Source: Nitrospira sp.
GTDB taxonomy: Bacteria > Nitrospirota > Nitrospiria > Nitrospirales > Nitrospiraceae
Direction of reading: 5' to 3'
NCBI GenBank assembly: GCA_047150005.1
Contig: AP038806.1
Location: forward strand, 3,904,001 to 3,968,000
DNA length: 64,000 bases
Shown: positions 12,907 to 23,315 of the stretch, piece after piece
Position numbering within the stretch: position 1 is the first letter of the stretch
How the letters are laid out: each line of letters begins with the position of its first letter
Notes under the pieces: model-generated
The model's database searches: none
The model's input: the letters and a program-made list of their open reading frames with translations, nothing else
Told to the model about the DNA's origin: nothing
Made by a program: the position numbers and the translations under genes

Positions 12907-12909
12907 CGA

Positions 12910-14157
12910 CTAGTCCTCCTCAACCACGGGCTTGCGAGCGGCCGTTCGCAACAACCGCAGAGCGGCATCGAGGATGTCGTCGGCAAGCCGGCGCTTGGAT
13001 CGCAGCGCGAACTCACTGACGGTCCCGTCGCGATCGATCAGTGTCGCGGCGTTCTGATCGCTACCAAAACCAGCTCCGGGAGTCGTCACGTCGTTCGCCA
13101 CGATCAGATCGACGCCTTTGGTTTCTAGTTTCTGTTTGGCATGCCGGAGTAGATCCGCCGTTTCAGCGGCAAAGCCGACCAAGAGCTGCCCTGTGCGCCG
13201 GGTGGAAAGCCCCGCGAGAATATCGCCGGTTGGCTCGAGGTCCAACACGGGATTCTCGAATTGATGCTTCTTCCATTTTTGAGCGGCCGGATGCTTTGGT
13301 CGAAAGTCGGCAACCGCCGCGGACATGATGACGACCGTCGCCCAGGACAATCGCACGGTCAAGGCCTTGGACATCTCCTCCGCCGTTTCAACCGATACGA
13401 TCTCGACTCCAGGCGGTGGAGAAAGAGCTGTGGGACCGGTGACAAGGACGACGGAGGCTCCTCTGACTTGCGCGGCTTCCGCCAGTGCGTAGCCCATTTT
13501 CCCCGAGCTTCGATTGGAAATATATCGGACCGGATCGATCGGTTCTTGCGTAGGCCCGGCGGAAACGAGCACCCGTTGGCCGGTCCAGTCGCGCCGAGGC
13601 AGCAACGCGGCTGCAATCGCGTCGAGTATCCTGGCTTCCTCAGCCAACCGTCCCTGCCCCACGCGACCCGAGGCAAGGGGACCTTCCTCCGGATCCAACA
13701 CCGTCACACCTCGCCGGCGCAGGATCTGAACGTGTTCGACGACCGTGGGGTGCGTCCACATGCCCCCATCCATCGCCGGCGCGACGATCACGGGACAAGA
13801 GGTCGCAAGCAACATCGTCGTCAAGACATCGTCGGCCAGCCCCAGCGCCGCCTTCGCGAGAAAGTTGGCCGTCGCGGGAGCCACCACCATGACGTCGGCC
13901 CTCTCGGGCAACGTCAGATGCTTCATTTCTTGATGGGCCTCGAAGAGATCCTCCGCAACAGGATGGCCCGAGAGAACCTCAAAGGTCAGGGGTGTGACGA
14001 ACTTCGCAGCCGCCTGCGTCATCGCGACGTCCACCTGGGCCCCTTCGCGCACCAGAGCGCGCAGAAGACTGACCGCTTTGTAGGAAGCGATGCTCCCCGT
14101 AACCCCAAGGATCACGTGTTTGCCTGCGAGTGTGGGTCCGATCGGGCTCGAAACCAT
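12910..14157 (-). CDS. coaBC: Phosphopantothenoylcysteine decarboxylase / phosphopantothenate-cysteine ligase
   Basis: GVTGSIASYK, APATAN, PAM, GPTQEPIDPVRYISNRSSGKMG, AAVAD, GFAAET. Confidence 0.96.
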   Translation of the reverse strand: MVSSPIGPTLAGKHVILGVTGSIASYKAVSLLRALVREGAQVDVAMTQAAAKFVTPLTFEVLSGHPVAEDLFEAHQEMKHLTLPERADVMVVAPATANFLAKAALGLADDVLTTMLLATSCPVIVAPAMDGGMWTHPTVVEHVQILRRRGVTVLDPEEGPLASGRVGQGRLAEEARILDAIAAALLPRRDWTGQRVLVSAGPTQEPIDPVRYISNRSSGKMGYALAEAAQVRGASVVLVTGPTALSPPPGVEIVSVETAEEMSKALTVRLSWATVVIMSAAVADFRPKHPAAQKWKKHQFENPVLDLEPTGDILAGLSTRRTGQLLVGFAAETADLLRHAKQKLETKGVDLIVANDVTTPGAGFGSDQNAATLIDRDGTVSEFALRSKRRLADDILDAALRLLRTAARKPVVEED

Positions 14158-14159
14158 GG

Positions 14160-14519
14160 TTACTCCTCGGCTTCCGGCTCCGGAGCCTTTGGCGTGTCAT
14201 CGACGTACACGCTCAGTTCCTTCTTGATCTCACGCGCATCCTCGCCGGTCATCATGGCCATGCGCTCGCTCTCGCCCTCTTTCCCGCGCTTGGCTTCCTT
14301 CATCGCATCACGTGCCTCTTTGCCCATGAGGTATTTGGCTTCGCCGCGCAGCACCTCATCGAGCGCCACGGTCGTTTCCTTGGTAAAGCGGGAGGCGCCG
14401 AATGGGCGTGAGCCTTGGAGGATGTGCTTGGCCCGTTGGGCCGCGACGATCACCAATCGGTGACGGGAATCAAACTGGTCCGGCGTATACTGCGGCAACA
14501 AATTCAGCATGTCGATCAT
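14160..14519 (-). CDS. rpoZ: RNA polymerase omega subunit
   Basis: SRHRLVIVAAQRAK motif; position between gmk and coaBC. Confidence 0.88.
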   Translation of the reverse strand: MIDMLNLLPQYTPDQFDSRHRLVIVAAQRAKHILQGSRPFGASRFTKETTVALDEVLRGEAKYLMGKEARDAMKEAKRGKEGESERMAMMTGEDAREIKKELSVYVDDTPKAPEPEAEE

Positions 14520-14539
14520 GTGAAGGAACCCCTTTCTGG

Positions 14540-15247
14540 TTAAGGATGATCTGTTCGATCTCCGGATTTTGACTCGTCGGTAAGGAGAAAATTGGCCTCA
14601 ATCCATGCCGTATCCATTCGTGTCGTCTTCGATCGTTCGGCAAGGAAGATATGCTCAAGGTCGCGAAGAGAACGCGCCAGATCATCGTTCCGAACGATGT
14701 ACGCGTATTCCCGATAGCTCCAAACCTCTTCCTTGACCTTCTGCAAACGGCGCTGGATCTCTTCAGGGGAGTCCGAGGCTCTGGTTTGCAACCGTGTGCG
14801 CAACGCGGTCATTGAGGGAGGGAGGATAAATATCGAAACGGCGTCGGCAAACTTCTTCTTCACCTGCAACGCTCCCTGAACGTCGATCTCCAGCAACACG
14901 TCGATTCCTTGGTCGAGTTTGTCGGTCAGAGATTTTCTCGGCGTCCCGTAGAGATGGCCATACACGCGCGCCCATTCGACGAATTCATGGCGGCCGATCA
15001 TCTCCTGGAACTTCACCTCTTCAATGAAGAAATACTCCCGGCCAGGCTCTTCGCCCGACCGTGGCGTTCTGGTCGTGCAGGAAATGGAATGCCAGAGGCC
15101 GGGGATGCTCGCGACCAATTGTTTGCACAGCGTCGTTTTTCCCGTCCCGGACGGCGCGGAAATGATGAATAGGATGCCGTGCCGTCGGATGGACGAACGG
15201 ACCGGTCCGGACGGCAATGGGGCAGCATTTTCAGTCGTGACGCTCAT
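14540..15247 (-). CDS. gmk: Guanylate kinase
   Basis: SAPSGTGKTT, SCTTRTPRSGE, YGT, EIDVQGA, FILPPS. Confidence 0.96.
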   Translation of the reverse strand: MSVTTENAAPLPSGPVRSSIRRHGILFIISAPSGTGKTTLCKQLVASIPGLWHSISCTTRTPRSGEEPGREYFFIEEVKFQEMIGRHEFVEWARVYGHLYGTPRKSLTDKLDQGIDVLLEIDVQGALQVKKKFADAVSIFILPPSMTALRTRLQTRASDSPEEIQRRLQKVKEEVWSYREYAYIVRNDDLARSLRDLEHIFLAERSKTTRMDTAWIEANFLLTDESKSGDRTDHP

Positions 15248-16122
15248 TCGACGTTCTGGACTTGTTCCCGAATTCGTTCCAGCTCGGCCTTCATATGAAC
15301 CACATGGCCAGCGATCTCGGCATCGTTGGCCTTGGAACCGATCGTATTGATTTCACGCCCCATCTCCTGGAGCAGAAAATCGAGGGTTTTACCTATAGAT
15401 TCCGATCGGTTAAGTGTTTGCTCAAACTGTACCATATGCGAGTCCAGTCTGACTATTTCTTCCGCAATGTCGCCACGATCCGCATACACGGCCAGCTCCT
15501 GCAGCAGACGGGATCCGTCGGACGGCTCGCCTCCCATCAATTTTTCAACCCGACTCCTCATTCGATCGAATTCAGCCTGTACCACCTGAGGGGCCATCGC
15601 CCCGACGATCATCTTGCGCTCGCGGATCGCATGAAGCCGCGCGAGCATGTCTTTCGCCAGCGCCTCCCCTTCCCGCTTTCTCATCGCGACCAGAGCTTCA
15701 AGCGCCTGGACGGCCAGCCGGTGAGCCAGTTTCGACAGCTTTCGGTCCTCTGCCGGTTGATCGGTAACGGACACCACGTCGCGCTGTCCCGCAATCAGGC
15801 CGACATCGATGGAGCCGCCGAGCTTGAGGGTTTTTTTCAGGGTACGAAGCGCCTGATGGTACTGCTTCGCCAGGACCTGGTCAACACTCACCGTTTGTAA
15901 CCGTCCCTTCCCGCTCTGGACGGTGATGGTGAGATCGATGCGGCCTCGGGCACAAACCTGCTGCGTCGCTTTCTTGATGGCGTCTTCCAGGTGATTCAGC
16001 GCGCGCGGCAGGCGGCAGGCCATCTCAAGAAAACGATGATTGACGGAGCGCACCTCGACCGTGACGGAGCCGTCCAGCCAAGGCGCCTGCTGCCGGCCGA
16101 ATCCTGTCATGCTTCGAATCAT
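15244..16122 (-). CDS. yicC: YicC/YloC family endoribonuclease
   Basis: MIRSMTGFG, SVNHRFLE, LDFLLQEMGREINTIGSK, REQVQNVE. Confidence 0.94.
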   Translation of the reverse strand: MIRSMTGFGRQQAPWLDGSVTVEVRSVNHRFLEMACRLPRALNHLEDAIKKATQQVCARGRIDLTITVQSGKGRLQTVSVDQVLAKQYHQALRTLKKTLKLGGSIDVGLIAGQRDVVSVTDQPAEDRKLSKLAHRLAVQALEALVAMRKREGEALAKDMLARLHAIRERKMIVGAMAPQVVQAEFDRMRSRVEKLMGGEPSDGSRLLQELAVYADRGDIAEEIVRLDSHMVQFEQTLNRSESIGKTLDFLLQEMGREINTIGSKANDAEIAGHVVHMKAELERIREQVQNVE

Positions 16123-16781
16123 GCCGGTCCTTTCTGTTTCCACGTACAGTGTATGTAGATCGGACAACGTTGGCACTGCGGACGTCGGGCAGTGCAGGTG
16201 TACCGTCCGTGCAGCAGCAAGCGTTGCGAGACGGCCGTCCAGCGCGCGGCGGGAAGCAATTGCTGGAGATCTTCTTCGATGTGAGTCGGATCATCGGAAG
16301 TCGTGAAACCGAGGCGGTTGGCCACTCGTCTCACGTGAGTATCGACGACGATGGCCGGTTTGCCGAAGGCGTTACCCAGCAGCACGTTGGCGGTCTTTCT
16401 TCCGACTCCCGGCAGCCCGATCAACTCCTCCATAGTCGCCGGAACGTCCCCGTGAAACCGCTCCTCCACGGCACGACCGCAGGCGATGATGTTTTTGGCT
16501 TTGCTTTTGAAAAATCCGGTCGAACGGATCAATTCCTCGACATCTCCCTGCGCGGCCCGGCCCAATTCAGCCGGCGTGTGATACCGTCGAAACAGCGCGG
16601 GCGTGACCCGGTTGACCCGCTCGTCCGTACATTGCGCAGACAGGATGGTGGCGACAAGGAGTTCCCACGGCGTGCGGTGGTCAAGTTCCATCTTGGCCGT
16701 CGGCATGGCACGCACCAACGCGTCGGCTATCTTGCCGAGGCGTTCTCGACGTACCGTATGCTGGGGCGGCTTGGGGATCAT
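16119..16781 (-). CDS. nth: Endonuclease III
   Basis: LSAQCTD, LPGVGRKTAN HhH, VDTHV, C-x6-C-x2-C-x5-C cluster motif. Confidence 0.95.
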   Translation of the reverse strand: MIPKPPQHTVRRERLGKIADALVRAMPTAKMELDHRTPWELLVATILSAQCTDERVNRVTPALFRRYHTPAELGRAAQGDVEELIRSTGFFKSKAKNIIACGRAVEERFHGDVPATMEELIGLPGVGRKTANVLLGNAFGKPAIVVDTHVRRVANRLGFTTSDDPTHIEEDLQQLLPAARWTAVSQRLLLHGRYTCTARRPQCQRCPIYIHCTWKQKGPA

Positions 16782-16814
16782 ACCGGTAAAGACGGTGGTC
16801 CGATTCTGCAGCGC

Positions 16815-18500
16815 TCAACTGCCGGATGCAACCACGAGACCATCAGGCCTCTTGACGGAAGGCAATGCCGCATCCGGCAAGACTAGCGTCAGCTGCTCTT
16901 CCAGATGACGTAGCAATGGATGCAGGGTTTCCGGATGAATCGCAGAAATCCCGACGGCGCCGTAGCGGCGGCATAGCAGCGCCGCCTCGGCTGGCGGCAG
17001 CCGGTCGCACTTATTGAAGACGAGCGTGCGTGGAATCGCGTCGAGGTTCAAGTCTCTGAGAATCGTCACCACCGCGGAAATCTGAACGTCGATGTCCGCC
17101 GCGCCGGCATCGACGACGTGCACCAAGATATCCGCTTCGCGCAATTCTTCCAGCGTCGTACGGAAGGCTCCAAGCAGCTCCTGCGGGAGATCCCGTATGA
17201 ATCCCACCGTATCGGTGACAATGACCTGCCGGTCCCTGGGAAATCGCAGGCGACGGCTAGTCGTATCAAGGGTTTCGAACAGCCGGTCTTCAGCGGACAC
17301 ATGGCTTTGGGAGAGCACGTTCAGCAGCGTCGATTTTCCGGCGTTCGTATATCCGACCAAGGAAAGAACCGGCATCCCGTGCCGATTCCGGCGGGCGCGA
17401 CGCTGGTCTTGGTGCCTGGCGAACTGGCGGAGATCATGCTCCAAATGCGCAATGCGCTCTCTGATTTTTCGACGATCCGTCTCCAATTTGGCTTCGCCAG
17501 GCCCTCTGGTACCGATGCCACCGCCCAGCCGGGAGAGGTCAGCTCCTTTTCCCGACAGCCTCGGCAGAAGATAGCGAAGCTGAGCCAGCTCGACCTGCAC
17601 CTTACCCTCCCGGCTGTGGGCGCGTTTGGCGAAAATGTCCAGAATCAACTGGGTACGATCAATCACTTTGATATCGGTAACTTCGGAAATGGCACGCGAT
17701 TGGGCCGGGGACAGTGTCTGATCAAAAATCACCATATCGGCGCCTCGATGAAGCGTCTGGATCAGCACGTCTTTCAGCTTTCCGCTCCCGAGCAGATAGC
17801 GTTGGTGCCCTCCCGTCGTTCGCTGGGCCAGTCGATCGATGACGGAAATCTCTGCCGAAGCCGCGAGCTCCGCGAGCTCTCCCAGACGGTCGTCCTGTTC
17901 CGCCCGGCTCCTGGAAGAGGCGCTGACCAACAATGCCGACGCCATCCCTTCTTTGGTCGTGTGGCCTCGCACTCTCTGCAACTCCGCTTCAAGCTCCTCG
18001 ATGAATGCATCAAACACCACGGGAGACTGATGAAACGCCGTCGCCTTGAGGATATTGAACAGTTGGCCGGTTCCGTTGGGAGGCAGAAGATGCGCGAGAT
18101 ACAGATTGCCTGGCAACCCGTCGAAAGTCGCCGTGAGCACCCCGATCAAATCCAGACGCAAATAAGCCAGGTCCGTCAGCAGCTCTTGATTGAGCGGCTG
18201 ATCGTGCAACTGCGTTCTGATCACCCGAAGTCCGCGCAAGGATTGAACACCAGTCCTGAACCGCGCCAAGGTCGCGGGGGACAGAGTCAACTCGGTTCCC
18301 ACGATGATCTCCTGTACCTGCCCTCTTCTGGTCAACACCACCGCGAGCGGACGGCGAATGTCGAGAGTCAACTGGCACATCGTTTTCGCGAGCTCCGGCG
18401 AGAGTACCTTATCCGGAGGCACGCGGCGTCGATACAACCGTTCAATGGCGCCCAGCTGGCCCGCTTTCAACCCCGTAACGTGACCGAATACCTCTGAAAT
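16815..18500 (-). CDS. hflX: GTPase HflX, long N-terminal form; probable ATT start
   Basis: DRTQLILDIF, GGGIGTRGPGE, GYTNAGKST, DTVGFI, NKCD. The frame is open from TTG 18470 up to ATT 18500, which is preceded by GGGGAGGT. Confidence 0.93.
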   Translation of the reverse strand: MSEVFGHVTGLKAGQLGAIERLYRRRVPPDKVLSPELAKTMCQLTLDIRRPLAVVLTRRGQVQEIIVGTELTLSPATLARFRTGVQSLRGLRVIRTQLHDQPLNQELLTDLAYLRLDLIGVLTATFDGLPGNLYLAHLLPPNGTGQLFNILKATAFHQSPVVFDAFIEELEAELQRVRGHTTKEGMASALLVSASSRSRAEQDDRLGELAELAASAEISVIDRLAQRTTGGHQRYLLGSGKLKDVLIQTLHRGADMVIFDQTLSPAQSRAISEVTDIKVIDRTQLILDIFAKRAHSREGKVQVELAQLRYLLPRLSGKGADLSRLGGGIGTRGPGEAKLETDRRKIRERIAHLEHDLRQFARHQDQRRARRNRHGMPVLSLVGYTNAGKSTLLNVLSQSHVSAEDRLFETLDTTSRRLRFPRDRQVIVTDTVGFIRDLPQELLGAFRTTLEELREADILVHVVDAGAADIDVQISAVVTILRDLNLDAIPRTLVFNKCDRLPPAEAALLCRRYGAVGISAIHPETLHPLLRHLEEQLTLVLPDAALPSVKRPDGLVVASGS

Positions 18501-18515
18501 GGGACGACCTCCCCG

Positions 18516-19583
18516 TTAGATGGCTTCGATTCCATGCACAGACGGCACCGGATCTATCGTGACCCGAGCCTCCGCCTCATCGGACAAGCGTCGGCCTGCC
18601 GACAATGCCTTTCTCCCCGCGGCGGCGATCATGGCCGCATTGTCGGTGCAATACTGCAGCGGCGGGATACTGAGGGAGACACCTTCTTGCTGGGCTCGTT
18701 CCTTTAGCAGGAAGCGTAGTCTCGAATTGGCGGACACGCCTCCCACAACCGCCAAGGCCGCGACACCGCATTGGCGCACGGCGGTGAACGCCTTCTCCAC
18801 AAGCACGCTGACGATGGCTTCTTGATAGCCGGCGGCCAGATCGGCTCGAGCGGCAGCCAGATGCCCTTCATCCATGCCTTGCAGCCGATAGAGCAAGGAC
18901 GTTTTCAACCCGCTGAAGCTGAATTCGAGGCTACGCTTCCGCATGGACCTCGGAAATCGGATCTTTCCGGGATCCCCTGCCTGCGCGAGCTTGTCCAGCG
19001 CCGGTCCTCCGGGAAATCCTAACCCCAACATCTGAGCTCCCTTGTCGAATGCTTCACCCGCGGCATCGTCCCTGGTACAGGCCAGCAAGCTGGAGGCTCC
19101 GTCTTGGGCCAGGCAATAAAGATGGGTATGTCCTCCCGATACGACTAGCACCACGCATGAACGAGGAAACGAAGCATCCTGCAGCCACGCTGAGGCGATG
19201 TGCCCCTCCAAGTGACTGACCCCGACCACCGGAATATTTAGCGCGAACGCCAAGGCCTTGGCATAGTTCAACCCCACGATCAACGCGCCGGCAAGCCCAG
19301 GGCCTTCGGTGACCGCCACTCCGGCCAGATCCCGCCAGTTCAGTTGCGCCTCATCCATGGCAAGAGTCGCGATCTGTTCGATTTTCTCGATATGGGCCCG
19401 AGAGGCCAACTCCGGCACAACTCCACCGAACCGAGCATGAATGCCGTGCTGCGACGAGACGACGTTGGATAGGATCGTCCCGTCGCCGCGGAGGACGGCC
19501 ACGGCGGTTTCATCGCAGGACGTCTCGATACCCAGAACCGGACCGCCGGTCCACCCGACGTCACAGACCTCTGAACCGCTCAT
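18516..19583 (-). CDS. tsaD: tRNA N6-threonylcarbamoyladenosine synthase TsaD
   Basis: LGIETSCDET, GGVVPELASRAH, HLEGH, SGGHT, DDAAGEAFDK, FSFSGLK, CTDNAAMI. Confidence 0.96.
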   Translation of the reverse strand: MSGSEVCDVGWTGGPVLGIETSCDETAVAVLRGDGTILSNVVSSQHGIHARFGGVVPELASRAHIEKIEQIATLAMDEAQLNWRDLAGVAVTEGPGLAGALIVGLNYAKALAFALNIPVVGVSHLEGHIASAWLQDASFPRSCVVLVVSGGHTHLYCLAQDGASSLLACTRDDAAGEAFDKGAQMLGLGFPGGPALDKLAQAGDPGKIRFPRSMRKRSLEFSFSGLKTSLLYRLQGMDEGHLAAARADLAAGYQEAIVSVLVEKAFTAVRQCGVAALAVVGGVSANSRLRFLLKERAQQEGVSLSIPPLQYCTDNAAMIAAAGRKALSAGRRLSDEAEARVTIDPVPSVHGIEAI

Positions 19584-19623
19584 TTTAGTCTGATGCATCT
19601 CAGTCAGGATACGTGCTTTGGGC

Positions 19624-19670
19624 AAAAAGCACCTCGACCCTTGCCGCGTACGACGCAACAAGGGCCGAGG
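19624..19670 (-). terminator. Intrinsic terminator after clpC
   Basis: Minus strand CCTCGGCCCTTGTTGCGT-cgt-ACGCGGCAAGGGTCGAGG (long stem with G-U pairs) followed by TGCTTTTT. Confidence 0.75.
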
Positions 19671-19723
19671 CTTGGTGATCGGTCGATGATTCGGATAGCG
19701 GAGACTCGGCCGGCGGCCATCAG

Positions 19724-22150
19724 TTACACACCAGCCATCGCCTCCTGTTCAATGAAGGCGGGAGCGCCGTCACGTAGCACCACCTTGATTTTGTGGCTCT
19801 CTTTGAACCGGCCCTTAATCATCTCCTCCGACAGCGGGTCGCCGATTGCCCGCTGAATCGTTCGGCGCATCGGCCTTGCCCCGTAGAGCGGCTCGTAACC
19901 TTCCTTGATGAGCCACTGTTTGACCTCGTCGTCGACCTCGATCTCCACACCCTTTTCCAGAAGCCGGAGATTGAGTTCGCGCAACAGGATGTCCAGAATA
20001 TTGAAGAGATGGGATTTGTCCAATTGATGGAATACCACTATTTCGTCGATGCGGTTCAAAAACTCGGGGCTGAATTGACGCCGCAACTCTCCCAGAACCT
20101 CTTCCTTCTTGTGGCGATCCTGCTCGGCTTCGGTGCTCTGGAACCCCAATGACACACCCTTCTGAATCAATTTGGTGCCGATATTGGACGTCATGATCAC
20201 GACGGTGTTCTTGAAGTCGACTTTGCGACCCAAACTGTCCGTCAAGACTCCGTCGTCCAGAACCTGCAAGAGCAGATTGAACACGTCCGGATGAGCCTTC
20301 TCGATTTCGTCGAACAGGACCACCGAATAGGGACGGCGACGCACACGCTCCGTCAACTGCCCTCCCTCCTCATAACCGACATATCCAGGAGGAGCGCCGA
20401 AGAGACGCGAACTCGTGAATTTCTCCTGATACTCGGACATGTCGATCCGGATCAACGCATCTTCGGTATTAAATAGGAACTCCGCCAGGGTACGTGCCAA
20501 CTCGGTCTTCCCGACGCCGGTCGGACCCAGGAAGATGAAGGAACCGATCGGCTTCTTGGCTTCCTTGAGACCCGCGCGAGACCGACGGATCGCACGACAG
20601 ACCGCGGAAATCGCCTCGTTTTGGCCGACCACTCGTTTATGGAGGAAATCCTCCATCCGCAGCAACTTGTTCGATTCTTCTTCTTCGAGTTTGAAGAGCG
20701 GAATGCCCGTCATCTTGGAGACGACATAGGCCACGTCCTCCTTACCGATCGTCGGTTTCTGCTTTTCCTGATTCTTTTTCCACTCGCGTTTGGACTCATC
20801 GAGCAACTTCCTGAGCCGTTCTTCTTCCTCGCGATGGCGCACGGCCTCTTCGAAGTTCTGCATGGAAATCGCCAATTCTTTATCCCGCGACACCTTCTTC
20901 AGTTCCTGCTCCATCGCCTTGAGCTCTCCGGGCAACGCATAGGTCTGAAGCTTGGCACGCGAGCCGGTTTCATCAATCAAGTCGATGGCTTTATCGGGAA
21001 GGAACCGATCGGTGATATACCGATCCGACAGCTTGACCGCTTCGACGATGGCATCCTCGGTGATCTCCACTCCGTGATGTTCCTCATACCGGTCGCGAAG
21101 TCCTTGAATGATCCGGACCGTTTCGTCAAGACTCGGCGGCTGCACGTAGATCGGCTGGAAGCGTCGCTTGAGGGCGCCGTCCTTCTCGATGTGCTTGCGA
21201 TACTCATCCAGCGTCGTCGCGCCGATGCATTGAATCTCTCCGCGCGACAAGGCGGGCTTCAACATATTGGATGCGTCGATCGATCCTTCCGCTGCACCGG
21301 CTCCCACCAACGTATGCAACTCGTCGATGAAGATGATGATGTTGCCGGCTTGCACGATCTCCTTCATCACCACTTTCAGACGCTCTTCGAACTGACCGCG
21401 GTATTTCGTCCCGGCGACCAGGGAACCGAGATCCAACGCAATCACGCGCCGCGACAAGAGGTTATCGGGAACTTCGGATTGGACGATCCGCTGCGCCAAA
21501 CCTTCCACAATGGCCGTCTTCCCGACGCCCGACTCCCCGATCAACACCGGATTGTTCTTCGTACGACGACTGAGAATCTGCAGCACCCGCTCGATTTCAT
21601 CAGCGCGTCCGATCACCGGATCCAACTGACCTTCCTGGGCCATCTGGGTGAGATCCCGACCAAACTCGTCCAACGCCGGCGTATTGCTCTTGCGATCGCG
21701 CTCGCGTGGGGCGGACTTGCGCAAGAACGTCACTGTCAACTGCCGTGCGGTGAGGAGATTCGCCCCGAGACTGCGGAGGATCTTGCCGCCGATCCCTTCT
21801 TCTTCCCGTAGAAGCCCGAGCAAAAGGTGTTCGCTGCCGATGTGATTGTGCCCGAGCAGGCGGGCCTCTTCGACCCCGTATTCGATAACCTTCTTCACAC
21901 GGGGGCTGAACGGGATTTCGCCGAAGGTCATGGTGGTCCCGCCACCAGGCAAGTTTCGCTCGATTTCCAAGCGGATTTGCTCGGTGGAAAGGCCCATCTT
22001 TTTCAGAATCATCAGGGCGATTCCGTCGGACTCGCGAAGGATGGCCAGCACAAGATGCTCAGTCCCGAGGTAGTCATTCTGATGACGCTCGGCCTCTTCC
22101 CGCGCGAGGATGATGATCTTCCGACCCTTGTCCGTGAATCGTTCGAACAT
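19724..22150 (-). CDS. clpC: ATP-dependent Clp protease ATPase subunit ClpC
   Basis: MFERFT N-domain, two AAA+ modules ([16 protein letters not shown]), UVR-like middle region, YGARP. Confidence 0.96.
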   Translation of the reverse strand: MFERFTDKGRKIIILAREEAERHQNDYLGTEHLVLAILRESDGIALMILKKMGLSTEQIRLEIERNLPGGGTTMTFGEIPFSPRVKKVIEYGVEEARLLGHNHIGSEHLLLGLLREEEGIGGKILRSLGANLLTARQLTVTFLRKSAPRERDRKSNTPALDEFGRDLTQMAQEGQLDPVIGRADEIERVLQILSRRTKNNPVLIGESGVGKTAIVEGLAQRIVQSEVPDNLLSRRVIALDLGSLVAGTKYRGQFEERLKVVMKEIVQAGNIIIFIDELHTLVGAGAAEGSIDASNMLKPALSRGEIQCIGATTLDEYRKHIEKDGALKRRFQPIYVQPPSLDETVRIIQGLRDRYEEHHGVEITEDAIVEAVKLSDRYITDRFLPDKAIDLIDETGSRAKLQTYALPGELKAMEQELKKVSRDKELAISMQNFEEAVRHREEEERLRKLLDESKREWKKNQEKQKPTIGKEDVAYVVSKMTGIPLFKLEEEESNKLLRMEDFLHKRVVGQNEAISAVCRAIRRSRAGLKEAKKPIGSFIFLGPTGVGKTELARTLAEFLFNTEDALIRIDMSEYQEKFTSSRLFGAPPGYVGYEEGGQLTERVRRRPYSVVLFDEIEKAHPDVFNLLLQVLDDGVLTDSLGRKVDFKNTVVIMTSNIGTKLIQKGVSLGFQSTEAEQDRHKKEEVLGELRRQFSPEFLNRIDEIVVFHQLDKSHLFNILDILLRELNLRLLEKGVEIEVDDEVKQWLIKEGYEPLYGARPMRRTIQRAIGDPLSEEMIKGRFKESHKIKVVLRDGAPAFIEQEAMAGV

Positions 22151-22227
22151 CCTGCCTCCTTCTTGATGATCCAGCTTGATGGTCTAGGGCTGACCGGTGG
22201 AAGCGAACCCTTCGAAAAATCTGCCTA

Positions 22228-22256
22228 ATTTTAACTAGAAGGTTGTTCAGTGTCAA
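22228..22256 (-). promoter_or_regulatory. Near-consensus sigma70 promoter of clpC
   Basis: TTGACA-N17-TAAAAT on the minus strand. Confidence 0.75.
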
Positions 22257-22337
22257 GGTTGGGCGGGAATCGCACGACACTCGCAAGCGTGATCGGGACA
22301 GCATGTCTCCGCTGCGGATCATGTCATGTGCTTCTCG

Positions 22338-22367
22338 TTGACTTCAAAAGAACCCTCCCGATAGAAT
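22338..22367 (+). promoter_or_regulatory. Sigma70-like promoter of nadK
   Basis: TTGACT-N18-TAGAAT. Confidence 0.6.
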
Positions 22368-22421
22368 CCCGCACTTTTCCCAGCCGGCACTGGCCACCTG
22401 CTGAAGAACGAAGCGCCCTCG

Positions 22422-23282
22422 ATGAAAAGCAAGAGCGTCGGCATTTTGACCAAGCCCAAATTTCCGGAGGTCAAGACCACCCTCCAGGCTGTGGTGTCCT
22501 GGCTGCGTGCCCGAAACATTGACGCGATCTTGGATACGACGTCCGCTGCCCTTCTGGAAGAAAAAGGCGGACTCCAGAAAACCCAATTGGCTCAGAAAGC
22601 GGACGTACTGCTCGTCCTAGGAGGAGACGGGACCATGCTCAACGCCGCCCGTCTGGCAGGCGAGCGCGGCATTCCCGTCCTCGGCGTGAATATGGGAGGG
22701 CTGGGATTCTTGACAGAGGTGCGCCTCGAACACCTCTACCCCTCTCTGGAACGGGTCTTCGCCAACGATTTCGTCCTGGACGAGCGCCTGATGCTCAAGA
22801 CGCTCGTTCACCGGCACGGGGAACCGGTCGCGCAGGGTATCGTCCTCAATGATGTCGTCGTGAGCAAGGGCACTCTGGCACGAATGATTGAGTTGCGGGT
22901 CTCGATCCATGGGCAATTCGTGACGAACCTTCGAGGAGATGGTTTGATTGTGAGCACGCCGACCGGGTCAACCGCCTATTCCCTGTCGGCCGGAGGCCCG
23001 ATTCTGGAGCCAGCCGTCCACGCTCTGATCCTGACGCCAATCTGTCCCCACACGCTGACACATCGGCCGCTGATCGTGCCCGACAACGTCGAAATCGACA
23101 TCACCCTGACCAGCAAGGATGAGGGCGCCATGGCGACGTTGGACGGACAAGTCGGTATCGCGTTGACGCAAGGAGATACGGTCGTCGTGAGTGTGGCGGA
23201 GCTGCGAACCAGGCTGATTCGCTTTCCGGAAAGCACGTACTACGATGTGCTGCGTGAAAAACTGAAATGGGGCGATGGATAA
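22422..23282 (+). CDS. nadK: NAD(+) kinase
   Basis: LGGDGT, LGFL, LNDVV, DGLIVSTPTGSTAYSLSAGGP. Confidence 0.96.
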   Translation: MKSKSVGILTKPKFPEVKTTLQAVVSWLRARNIDAILDTTSAALLEEKGGLQKTQLAQKADVLLVLGGDGTMLNAARLAGERGIPVLGVNMGGLGFLTEVRLEHLYPSLERVFANDFVLDERLMLKTLVHRHGEPVAQGIVLNDVVVSKGTLARMIELRVSIHGQFVTNLRGDGLIVSTPTGSTAYSLSAGGPILEPAVHALILTPICPHTLTHRPLIVPDNVEIDITLTSKDEGAMATLDGQVGIALTQGDTVVVSVAELRTRLIRFPESTYYDVLREKLKWGDG

Positions 23283-23315
23283 TGCGGAGAGCGTTTGGAA
23301 GGAACCGGCGCGCCT

